A DNA stretch of 64,000 bases, taken from positions 341,477 through 405,476 of the forward strand of contig VJWM01000197.1 in assembly GCA_010909165.1 (NCBI GenBank), in the 5' to 3' direction. Source of the stretch: Anthoceros angustus. Taxonomy: Eukaryota; Plantae; Anthocerotophyta. Every line of letters starts with the position of its first letter. The stretch's first letter is position 1. Below are positions 1 through 10,275 of this stretch, piece by piece. The translations under genes and the position numbers were made by a program. The notes beneath the pieces were generated by a model that was given only the letters and a program-made list of their open reading frames with translations, was not told where the DNA came from and searched no databases.

Positions 1-216
1 AACATGTGAAGAGCGAAAACATATTTCATCCCCTATGAAAAAGTAAGTTTGTAAAGTCTTAGATGCAAAAAGATGTTTTCCAATCTTTAAGGGAAAGAAA
101 GATAATATGAGCATATATGAACACTAATTTTTTCTAGAAGATTAGGACCTCTGCAATAAAGAATATTTTATTCTATCAGTACTAGTACTTTATTCTGTCT
201 CCACTTTGTTTTGTAG

Positions 217-1035
217 GAGAGCATGGCCAGAGGAAGAAGAAAAGAAGCCACATCGCTTCAAGCGCCCTCATATACCTAGACACAAGGCACTCACAGATGA
301 TAGGCCAGTGACAGCACATCCTGAAACAGCCAAGTACAACTTCTACAAATATTATGGTATCTTATAATTTTTTTCATTATCAAATACAAAATACATATCT
401 TGTAACAATTAGGAATAAATATGAAAATAACATATTATTTCCTTTTTGATCACAAGGCCTACTTACCTCAATAGATCCTCAAATACATATAAGCTTTTTT
501 ATTTTTTGGTTGACAAGAAAGCAAAGACATTCTCTACAAGATCCAATAGAACAAATATGTCACATGTTTTGAAATTGGACTATAAGTTTGAAATGTGTAT
601 GTAGGTAATGGCGGTCAGAGCGTTAAAGCCAATGGGAGCCAAACCTACAAACATACTTCAAAATTCCCCTCATCAAAATCTTATTTTTAACATAATTTTT
701 TTCAAAATAATTTTCTCACACCTACACATAGGTTCATAGATACAAATTTAGATATTGTGCATTTGGAAGATTGTACTTCTTCCTTCTATAACACACACTT
801 ACTTGATGTAATGGTTCTTTTTGCTCTTCATGTTGCATTAAGGTCTTCTCAATATGAAAGTTACTTTGAAATTATAAACCTTCATGAATATACGAACATT
901 TGGCAATAAAAAAATAAGTTGACATGTCATGTACTCAATGTAGGTTATGGAGGCCAAGGTGCTAAGACTAGTTGGGCCCATAACTATCCTTTGGGGCTTG
1001 AACCTCCTTATGCCATGAGGCTTCGAATTTACTGA
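217..1035 (+). CDS. Possible 3' exons of an unknown gene entering from the left edge (exon 217-356; candidate last exons from 605 and 944)
   Basis: Pyrimidine tract+AG before 217, open frame RAWPEEEEKKPHRFKRP...YKYY, GT at 357 (phase 1); two downstream atgtag| acceptors open phase-1 frames GNGGQSVK.. and GYGGQGAK.. No family recognised. Confidence 0.3.
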
Positions 1036-1352
1036 TTGTGCGAGAAATCAACAAGTGCTAGTTCTAGTGAAGGCTCGACAATTCATTTCAATCAGCTTCC
1101 AAGTCAAGGTTTGTTAGTGCTAGCTCATCTATAAATACAACTTTAGTGCATGAAGATAAACCATGACAAAGTGCACTTCATCATGTATATTCACGTTCCT
1201 CAAGTTGCACCTCTAGAAATACTTACACAGGGGCTATTGAGAATTTGTCCTGAAAAGAACTAAGGAACTAGGAAACTTAATGGGCAAACCTTTATCATGA
1301 ATGAAATTTGAGAATCTTCTAAAATAATTCTTCTCTCAAAATTAAAATTACA

Positions 1353-3272
1353 TTATGAACTATTTGGTGACTTTGGTGGATTTGTTTGAGATCTAGTTGA
1401 TCTTGTTCCAGTCGGAGTTGTTGATCTTGTTTCAGTGTTAGTTGTTGACGCTGTATTCACAGCTTGCCAATACGGTCCCAAATCATGATCTAATAAATCT
1501 CTCTTCATCTTTTTATTGGGAGGTCGAAAGTCATCATTGACAACAGGTTTCCTAGGTCCAATAACACGCAATCTATACTTACTATAATCTGTTGGATCGT
1601 CTATTGGATCATCATCATCGTCTGAATCATCATCACTGTCTGAATCATCATCATTATGAGCATCAATTTGCAATTGAGCATTAGGATTCTCAAGCATGAT
1701 TGCAGGATTCATAGGGATACTAGCAAGATTTCCATGTATAATAGTAGAATTCTCAGGCATAACAATAGAATTTTCAGGCATAACAGTAGGATTCTCAGGC
1801 ATAATAGTAGAATTCTGAGGCATAACAATAGAATTCTTAGACATAACAGTAGGATTCTCAAGCATAGAAGTAGAATTCTCGGGCACCTTAGGAGGAGCCA
1901 TCGTTTGATCTCCATCCACAGTAGACACCTTAGCAGTAGTCATTCGAAGCGCATCCAACATTAAGGGAGAGTTTTTAGGGAGACCCTTTATCTTAGCACG
2001 AGCTCTCTCTACACGCTCTTCATGTAGCTGTACATTCTTTTCAAGCATTGAGGGAGACACCTTAGCAGGGTCAGTCATTTGACGCTCATCCTCATCCGAT
2101 GTTAAGGGTTTATTTAAGTAATCCTTATCTGGACCATAATGTATTGTTTCTTTGTGGTGACGAAGTGCGTACACACTTCTATCCTTCCTTATTTTTAGCA
2201 CTCGAGGTGGTGCATTGTTTAGACCGCTCGACATTCCAACATCAATCAGCCACACAGAGTGCTTACAATGGTGTACAATTTCCCCATCTCGTTGTATTGT
2301 ATGACCAACTACCATTCGAGCCATTTCAGGAATTTGTTCACGAAGCTCTTCCATTATTTCACACTCATCTCCTTCTCTAAGTTTATCATAAGCTCGCGTA
2401 AATGTTATAGCATCAGGATATGAGTGGAGAACATGAGGAAAGGTTCTCTCTCCTTTCATCCATTCACTTGCAATTGTGTTTATTCTTTTTAAGCCTCCGT
2501 CTTTTGATATGTTTGCGGTTGTCACTCCTGCATGTGCAAACACGGTGCTTCCAACTATCAATCCAACTGGATAATTGGAAAGAAAACGGGTTGTTATAGG
2601 CCCTCCTGGTCTTAATGCCTCTAGACGAGCTTTCAGGGATGGAGCTAGCTTTGGTATATCATCTAGATCTTTTTGTGGTCTATCATATTTTACTCCCTCA
2701 CATCTTCTCTTATAAGCTTGTCCAATGGAATACCATTTCTTCCAATTAAGGAAATCTTTAGCACCTCCCTCATTGACATAATAATGATTTCCTCTTATAT
2801 TAGAAACTTCATGGTTACCCACTAATATAATCACATCCCCACCTTGCCTTCTTGCTTGAGCTTTTAACTTCTCAAGCAAATACAATATTTTCAGCTCGCC
2901 TCCTCCTCTATCAAATATGTCACCAACTTGCACCACTGTAGTCTTGTGTCCAATCCAATCTTGTGTGCGACTATTCATTACCTTACCTAAAACAAGCGAG
3001 TCCTTGGCTTTCTGGAAGTCCCCGTGAAGGTCACCTATTGCAATCAGGCGTTTCACATGTGGTAAGCTATCTCTAATATTTGGTTCAACATATTGATTGA
3101 TTGGATTGGTTCGACTCATCTCAAATAAAGTCCTTTTACTTGGAGACCTTTGAAAGGGTGGAAATACGGTTTTGCAAGGTAAGATTTGGCCCCCAACATG
3201 ATAGTCTACAAAAGCGTCTACAAAGTCTGAAATAAGTTCAGGAACTACATTACAAACAGAAGGAGGGGCCAT
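1353..3272 (-). CDS. SLP2: Shewanella-like protein phosphatase 2 (PPP family) with a ~260-aa C-terminal extension
   Basis: Intronless 639-aa ORF with GDLHG, GDIFDRG, GNHE, HAG, GHTIQ, IDVGMS motifs and SLP2-type FVDAFVD and ALRPGGPIT.RFL segments. Confidence 0.92.
   Translation of the reverse strand: MAPPSVCNVVPELISDFVDAFVDYHVGGQILPCKTVFPPFQRSPSKRTLFEMSRTNPINQYVEPNIRDSLPHVKRLIAIGDLHGDFQKAKDSLVLGKVMNSRTQDWIGHKTTVVQVGDIFDRGGGELKILYLLEKLKAQARRQGGDVIILVGNHEVSNIRGNHYYVNEGGAKDFLNWKKWYSIGQAYKRRCEGVKYDRPQKDLDDIPKLAPSLKARLEALRPGGPITTRFLSNYPVGLIVGSTVFAHAGVTTANISKDGGLKRINTIASEWMKGERTFPHVLHSYPDAITFTRAYDKLREGDECEIMEELREQIPEMARMVVGHTIQRDGEIVHHCKHSVWLIDVGMSSGLNNAPPRVLKIRKDRSVYALRHHKETIHYGPDKDYLNKPLTSDEDERQMTDPAKVSPSMLEKNVQLHEERVERARAKIKGLPKNSPLMLDALRMTTAKVSTVDGDQTMAPPKVPENSTSMLENPTVMSKNSIVMPQNSTIMPENPTVMPENSIVMPENSTIIHGNLASIPMNPAIMLENPNAQLQIDAHNDDDSDSDDDSDDDDDPIDDPTDYSKYRLRVIGPRKPVVNDDFRPPNKKMKRDLLDHDLGPYWQAVNTASTTNTETRSTTPTGTRSTRSQTNPPKSPNSS
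1678..1884 (-). repeat. Coding 21-bp minisatellite (~9-10 degenerate units, M-P-E-N-[SP]-[TI]-[VI])
   Basis: Recurring gcataacagtaggattctcag-like units; heptad peptide repeat in the ORF. Confidence 0.9.
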
Positions 3273-3397
3273 GTCAAGGTAGCTATTTCCTTGGTCATAT
3301 ATTACCCAATATCAAAATCTAGTTATGTAAATAGAAGAACAGGCCATGTGAAGGTAACTATTTCTTTGGTCATATATCACCCAATATCAAAATGTAG
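3267..3397. repeat. 75-bp-period duplication spanning the SLP2 start codon
   Basis: ggccatgtcaaggtagctatttccttggtcatat.. at 3267 and ggccatgtgaaggtaactatttctttggtcatat.. at 3342. Confidence 0.85.
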
Positions 3398-4467
3398 ACT
3401 ATTTTCTTTTTTGTACAAGATTTATTAACGTGTATCTGCTATTATTCTTTCTCACATTAAATAAAATTCCTCTAAGAATTTGTAATACCCATCTATTTAA
3501 ACAAATCATTTATTTATCCACTTGATATATACACGGTTTGACAAGAAGAAGATGCCACCTTGCTACAATACTCATGTTTATTAACCGAGCAATAAAAATT
3601 GTGGACATACTACCAAGTAGTTATTGTCCACATTCAATGCAATACTTTTCTTGCATTTCTAAGTATATATAAGTACTTTCATCTGTTACCTTTTCAGCTA
3701 AACTATAGTATAGAACATATTTTAAGAAGGATGTTTCTTACGCTTCAAAAGGACCCTTGGAAGGCTTTAGGATTATGTCAAATATTACTACATCTCGGCA
3801 CGATATATGTTAAAAAAAATTTACTTCATGATGATTCATAGGTTTATTATGTTATAGCTATATGTATCCTGCCTCATGTTTAATCTTGTCGAGACATGGA
3901 AGTTGTTGATGTTGTCTTTTCAATACTTTTAAAGTTCATATTATTGATATCATAAGAAACTAGTTTCTATTTTAACGATTGAGGAGGATGTTATAATTTA
4001 GTATTTATGTATATGTTGTATAACAATGATTATGTCGATCTTAATCCACTTAAACATAGAGATGGAATGATGTTGCTGGAATTCTTTGATCAAGTTTGAA
4101 CATATAGACGTTTTCTATGAAGATTGTGTTTTTTTTATTAAAGGTCCACTAACATGATGATAACAAACAACATTGAATTTTATTGGAGTTAAGTGCAAAG
4201 TCTTGATTTGACTATATTTCTAAAGAGCTTGATTTGACTATGTCCATACTAGCCATCTAAATGCAAGAGCAAATTGTGGAATGACTTGATTTGATTACCT
4301 AAGTTAGTGACCATCTACATAAAGGGAAGAGTGTGTATCAAGTGTTTATCATATAAGCGGTTTCCCATTTTGTAATTAAGTAATTTTACAAGCTTAAAAA
4401 TAATTTTAGAATAGAAATCAAAAAATAAATTTATTTTCTTTTTATTTTAATTTTAAGATTCAATGGA

Positions 4468-5616
4468 CTATTTCCAAAAATTAAAAAAAGATTTTTTAGG
4501 AGGGCCGATATTTCTAATACCATCGGCATTAATTGCATTTAGCATATTATCATTTATTATTTCTAATATTTCAGGTTCAGCATTCTTTATGTTTCTGCAC
4601 ATTCCTACGTCTATTAAGTACAAGGTGTGTTTGCAATGGTGGGTTATTACACGAGCCTTTTGGACAGAATGACCAACCACCATTCTCTCCATTCCAGGAA
4701 TTAATCTACAAAGTTCTTTCATAACACTACATTCAGGTCCTTCCCTAAGTTCATCATATTTTCGTGTTTGAATTAACGAATTCATTTCCCCAACAGGTCT
4801 TGGTGCTTTGAAGCTTGCCTTTCCTTCCATCCATGGTAAGGACAATTTATTTATTTCGTGTAATCCGCCATCAGCAGTAATGTTCTTTTCTAAGACTCCA
4901 GCATGTGCAAACACGGTACTTCCTACCATTATCCCAATTGGATATCTAGCCAAGAAACGAGCAGTTATTGGACCTCCTGGTCTTAAAGCTTCCATCCTAC
5001 CTACCAAAGAGGGAGGTATCTCTGGGATAGAGTCTAGATTTTCTGGTTTAGCATACACTGTCCCTAAACATCTTCTTTTCAAAGACTCTCCAAGGTTATA
5101 CCATCTTCTCCAATTGACAAATTCTTGAATGCCATCCCGAGTAGTGTCTTGCCACCTAGCTAAAGCATTTCGAACCTCATGATTCCCGATTAAAACAATA
5201 ACATTCCCACCTTTTCTTGAGGCTTGTCTTTTAAGTTTTTCTAACAAGTACAATATCTTAAGTTCCCCCCCTCCTCTATCAAAAATATCACCAATTTGCA
5301 CCAAAAATGTATTTTTTCCAATCCAATTGTCGTTGCTATCTAGCAATTTAGCTATACGAAGTGCTTCTTTAGTCTTCTCATAGTCACCATGAACATCACC
5401 AATTGCAATAAGACGCTCCACTTTAGGAAAGATGGTAGTAGGTTCAAATTTAAATGAATTGTTGGGTGTTTTGGTGCCCTGCTTAAACTCTTCCAGGCTA
5501 TTTGGCGGAAATTTTATGTTGCAACCTAAAACTTGGCCTCCAACATTAAAATCCACAAAAGCATTCACAAATTCAGAAACAAGTGCAGGTATGCAAAAAC
5601 ATACAGATCTAGCCAT
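4468..5616 (-). CDS. SLP2: Shewanella-like protein phosphatase 2, second tandem paralog
   Basis: Intronless 382-aa ORF with GDVHG, GDIFDRG, GNHE, HAG, GHSVQ, IDVGM; colinear with the 1353-3272 protein. Confidence 0.92.
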   Translation of the reverse strand: MARSVCFCIPALVSEFVNAFVDFNVGGQVLGCNIKFPPNSLEEFKQGTKTPNNSFKFEPTTIFPKVERLIAIGDVHGDYEKTKEALRIAKLLDSNDNWIGKNTFLVQIGDIFDRGGGELKILYLLEKLKRQASRKGGNVIVLIGNHEVRNALARWQDTTRDGIQEFVNWRRWYNLGESLKRRCLGTVYAKPENLDSIPEIPPSLVGRMEALRPGGPITARFLARYPIGIMVGSTVFAHAGVLEKNITADGGLHEINKLSLPWMEGKASFKAPRPVGEMNSLIQTRKYDELREGPECSVMKELCRLIPGMERMVVGHSVQKARVITHHCKHTLYLIDVGMCRNIKNAEPEILEIINDNMLNAINADGIRNIGPPKKSFFNFWK

Positions 5617-6246
5617 TTAGGAACATGATAGTTAGATCCAATCAAACTAATGACCTTACATTCTGTATATAAACTGGATGTTGTCAACCTTGAATCTCTT
5701 AACGTAGCTACTTGACCTCTCTTTGAGGGTAAATTGAATTGAATAATATTGAATTTTTGGGTATCTTTGTTGTTTTTTTCTTTACATCAGTTGATATCTA
5801 AACCCAAATTTCTGAATTGTACAATGCACAATCGGGAAAGAAGACTATTATTATAAAAAAGAGATGGGAAAAACCTATCCACCCCAAAAACAAAGGGAGA
5901 AAAACCCAATGAAGGGCATTATGCCAGGGGGAGTAGCCCCCACGATGTACAATCTAATTGAAAGATACAATTGAAATGTACAATCTAGTTGAAAGATTTT
6001 ATCATAAATCATTTTAAATATATTATTACACTTCCTATTCAATAAAGAATTAAATATTTGACTTCTTCTAGGTAAACGATTCACACGTTTTTTTCCTAGT
6101 GCGAGGATTTTTCCATTCATGTGGAGTTCATAAGATATTTTTCCATCATACATAAAAAAGAATCTTAGTGAAACACAAGGTTCTTAATCTTATTCGTGTA
6201 ACATGTTTTTCTCTAGACTTTCATGACGCTAACATATCATGTTCTC

Positions 6247-6420
6247 TTTAGAATACATGAACTACTACTTACTACTTTAGAATATATGAACCACTACTTA
6301 GTACTTTCGAATACATGAACCACTACTTAGTACTTTAGAATACATGAACCACTACTTAGTACTTTAGAATACATGAACCACTACTTAGTACTTTAGAATA
6401 CATGAACCACTACTTACTAC
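6247..6420. repeat. 29-bp tandem repeat x6
   Basis: Unit tttagaatacatgaaccactacttagtac, contiguous, no spacers. Confidence 0.95.
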
Positions 6421-7462
6421 AATAAGCGATTGTGAACATATCTATGATATCTACTATATGAATCGAAATATATAGAATTATAAAAAAAAGTTCAATCTTA
6501 TTTATATCTGAGTCTTATGTATGCAGATGCTAATATAGGTCTGTGTATAAATAGCCTCACCCATTTATAAAGCTATGTATATACTTGTTTTAGATTTAAA
6601 AACAAAGATATAAAATTTTAACCAGCAAATCAGATCATTGATAGGTAAACAGTAATTAGTTCATCCCCCAAATCTTCATAATATGGAGTGAGAGTTTGGT
6701 TGTGTAAAGCGTAGCATAACATGTTGCTAACAAATTTATTTCAAGACTTTAAAGGAATCTCTGGTTTCTTCATTTTTAAACAACTCATTCACTTCCTTAT
6801 TCTTTCCATTCCTTTTATGCAAAATCTTGTTTCCAGTTTCTATTCCAGTTTTGTTTTTTCGGCTTTTGTTGCTTTGTTTTCTCTACATTTTATTCTTATT
6901 CTCCTTTCAATTTACTTTTGGAAAGAAACTTAGTGAACCAGTTCAAAGAAACTTTGGTTGTTTCCCTAACAATTGTAATCATGAGTAATAGAGCTAATAA
7001 GTTTCCAATTTTTTTTCAGTGAAATACGTTTGCCAAGCTAGTTTCTTTAATTGGTGAAAGCATGGATAGTGTAGCTGATAGGTCTTGTGTAGTTTTTCGT
7101 ATAGGTAAAAGTATGGATGATATAGCAAACAAGACTATGATAGACTTCTTCTTCAAGATTCTACTAGTTTCTTTAGAAAGGGCAATTTTGTGTAGATGGT
7201 TAGTTTTATCTACATGAAAATTTATATGGTGACTTAGTATGGTGGTTAGTTTTATCTAACCACCATACGTAGAGATGACTTAGTATTGATGGTGACTACA
7301 TAGTCTCTGACCATCAACTATGGTGCAATCTTCATTTATAGATAGCGGAATCTTCATTTATAGGTACAATCTTGATTTATAGATGGTGGAATCTTCATTT
7401 ATAGAAACATGAAAACGACATTTCCAATATGAATTCGATGGACCATTAGACTACTAATATCA

Positions 7463-7587
7463 TGTGAAACAAAACTATCAAAAAGATGAAGTCCAACCAA
7501 ACGGTGAGATACTTGAGTGTGAAACAAAACTATCAAAAAGATGAAGTCCAACCAAACGGTGAGATACTTGAGTGTGAAACAAAACTA
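7463..7587. repeat. 55-bp tandem repeat x2.3
   Basis: Unit tgtgaaacaaaactatcaaaaagatgaagtccaaccaaacggtgagatacttgag. Confidence 0.95.
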
Positions 7588-7698
7588 CTGGGGGTTTCAT
7601 TGTTAGAAAACATTTGAAAATTATCAAGCCTCATATCGTGCTTTGGTCACCTCTCATATCAACCCTGCAGCTCTCATATAATCCTGTTCAATCATGAA

Positions 7699-7833
7699 TA
7701 ACACCTCTGATATTTTAAAATTAACACCTCTGATATTTTAAAATTAACACCTCTGATATTTTAAAATTAACACCTCTCATATTTTAAAATTAACACCTCT
7801 GGTATTTTAAAATCAATACCTCTGATATTTTAA
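7699..7833. repeat. 23-bp tandem repeat x~6
   Basis: Unit taacacctctgatattttaaaat. Confidence 0.95.
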
Positions 7834-8519
7834 TTTGAAGGCAAGTTTTTGCTTAATCTTGTACACCCCTTTAGAGTTTAGGGTAGGCTATGGTTCTTGT
7901 TCACTAATTCGGTGGGAAGGCGATTTGGCGAGTGGTGCAAGCGAGTGGTGGTTGACCATGGGTGCGCTTTGGCTGCAAATGTAATTAGAAACTGGCTGCA
8001 AATAGTTGTGAGTGTTGTAAAGCAATCGTCATTCAAAATTAAAAATAGGGGGTTAATGTTACACTTTTTTATTACAGTAATTGTTATAGTTTCCAAAAGT
8101 GTCATAAACTTTGGCATAGGAGATAGGCATGACAAATGAACCTAACTTTGTAAGACAAATATTACACTTTTGACATGGAGGAGAGGCATGGAATGTAAGT
8201 GCCACATGTTCAAAGGAAATTGGAAAGAATAACATATGGGTCCCACCTTCCCACCCTTAAATCCATCTCCTTCTTCATCGCCTTGTCTTGGTGTCTCGTA
8301 TGTCAAAAGAGAGCAACTAGAACATCTCACCAAACTTAACATTTATTACCTTCTCTTCTCCTTCTCCACATGAAAAAGTACCACCTAGACACATGCTTCA
8401 TTACTCAACAATAATAATTTCTCTATATTTGAATAATATTAAAATTTGGAACGAAGAAATAAAATAATTTGACAGTAATTGAATCCTAAAGTAAATTTGA
8501 GATTTGAACTTATAAATTC

Positions 8520-8542
8520 ATATATATATATATATATATATA
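8520..8542. repeat. (TA)n microsatellite
   Basis: About 11 TA units. Confidence 0.95.
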
Positions 8543-9199
8543 ATCTTATTATATGCAAGATTAGAATACATACCGTCATAAAATCCCAAAAGACTTTCAA
8601 ATTTAAAATTAAAATATAATAGTTGCAACCTCCTAAACATCATGAGATACTTAAAATATAATAACTACATGTCATGAAATCCTAGAAAACTTGAATTTTA
8701 AACTTAAAATAAAGAAGAACAAGAAGAAGTCCACTAAAGACGGGTTTCCGTCATGGGACTTTGGTACTTAACAACTTGTACCATGGTGTGCCTAAGCTAC
8801 TTGCACCAAGGGCATCCACTCCCTTTAGGCACCCCATCTAAGTACCGATCTAAGCTCAACAAAGCTGTTCATAGCCACATTAGGTCACGGCTCATGTCTC
8901 AGTCATTAAGCGTGAGGTCTAGATAAGCCTCCAAAGTAGGCTTATCACTTACACAAGTATTTAATAAGCCTACAGGCTTATTGGCTAACTACCAAAGTGG
9001 CAAAGCAAAAGAAGAACTAGGCAAAATCCTAACCTCGTAAATAGCCCCCCTGCAAAATCTGGTGAACAAACAACATTAGACAACCAGATTTTGCACTTAG
9101 AGCTACCAAAAACCAACCCAGTGAGAAGCAAAATGCTTGGATATGCTGGTCTCATAGATTGGCGGGGGAGGAGGATGCAAATCATTTTCCTCATCTTTG

Positions 9200-9890
9200 G
9201 ACATGGGCTCGGGCTTGAACTCCACTGATTCTCCAGACTGAATGCTATTATTGTAGAGCCATGCTTGAACTCCACTGATTCTCCAGACTGAATGCTATTA
9301 TTGTAGAGCCATGGGTACTCGTTGCTGGAAGGAAGCCACCACACAGGAAAGAGGGAGACCTACACCGTTCTTGCGGATGTAGTATGCTTTAGCACAAACC
9401 TTGATAAACCTCGAGAAGTCCTTGCCCATGGCTCTATGAGTCTCAGTAGCAAGGGGAATGAAAGCATGGCCTTCGTACATGGGGGTGTACTTGTGAACCT
9501 TGGCTATAGCGCATCCCTCCATCGCCCAATTGGGAGGATTGATGATGACATGCTCACAGTGTACTTGTGAACCTTGGCTATAGCGCATCCCTCCATCGCC
9601 CAATTGGGAGGATTGATGATGACATGCTCACAGTGTACTTGTGAACCTTGGCTATAGCGCATCCCTCCATCGCCCAATTGGGAGGATTGATGATGACATG
9701 CTCACAGACGGTATTCCGAGTAGGGTTTGTTACAACCACACCTGATCCTCCAGGTCAAAAATAGGTTAGCCCTTAGAGAAACATTGTTAGACAAAGCATA
9801 TGGGCACTCCCTGAAAACTATCTCAACTACTTTATAGAAGAGAGTATGAACGGAAGATAGTATACGAAAATGATCATACCGTCCACCTCC
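9200..9890 (-). mobile_element. 3' fragment (restriction-like endonuclease domain) of a second CRE-like non-LTR family, with internal 74-bp x3 (9485-9707) and 50-bp x2 (9213-9313) duplications
   Basis: VVVTNPTRNTVCEHVIINPPNWAMEGCAIAKVHKY..HAFIPLATETHRAMGKDFSRFIKVCAKAY aligns with VVVTDRTRDTISTQVITNYPGWAATGAAALKVCKY..EDFDKFVKSCTKAY of the 15-18 kb element. Confidence 0.8.
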
Positions 9891-10145
9891 AAAACGTCTT
9901 CAAGAACTCTATACTTCTTCTAAAACATTTCCGTGAACGTGAACTTCTTGCATTCAGGCCCAGGATTATTGTCTTCAAGAACTCCAACTAGTAATTCCCG
10001 GTCTCGTAGGTTTGTATGCTTGATAATACACACCACTCCTGATGGAGCTATTTGAGCCTTACAGATACTTGAGAGCAAAAACGTTCCCCCGGGATCCATA
10101 TTCTTGTTCTCATGCAATTAAATTCTAAACCAAACGAAACCTCGT

Positions 10146-10180
10146 CAAGAAACCTAGAAGTAACGGGGCCACCTGGTCTA
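10146..10180 (-). pseudogene. Short relic of a third SLP2 copy
   Basis: Encodes RPGGPVTSRFL, 9/11 identical to RPGGPITTRFL and RPGGPITARFL of the two upstream genes, same strand. Confidence 0.55.
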
Positions 10181-10275
10181 CCTTCTGGTCGTTGGGCTAT
10201 TTCATAGCCCCGGACATCGACGATCTCCGTAACAGGCGTACATAGATGTGATGTTGCGGGAGGCCTGAAGACGGG

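Noticed and set aside
240-270. KKPHRF resembling histone H3
   Set aside because: Only six residues; flanks do not match H3.
6247-7833. 29-bp and 23-bp arrays as CRISPR
   Set aside because: Contiguous units without unique spacers, no cas genes, eukaryotic context.
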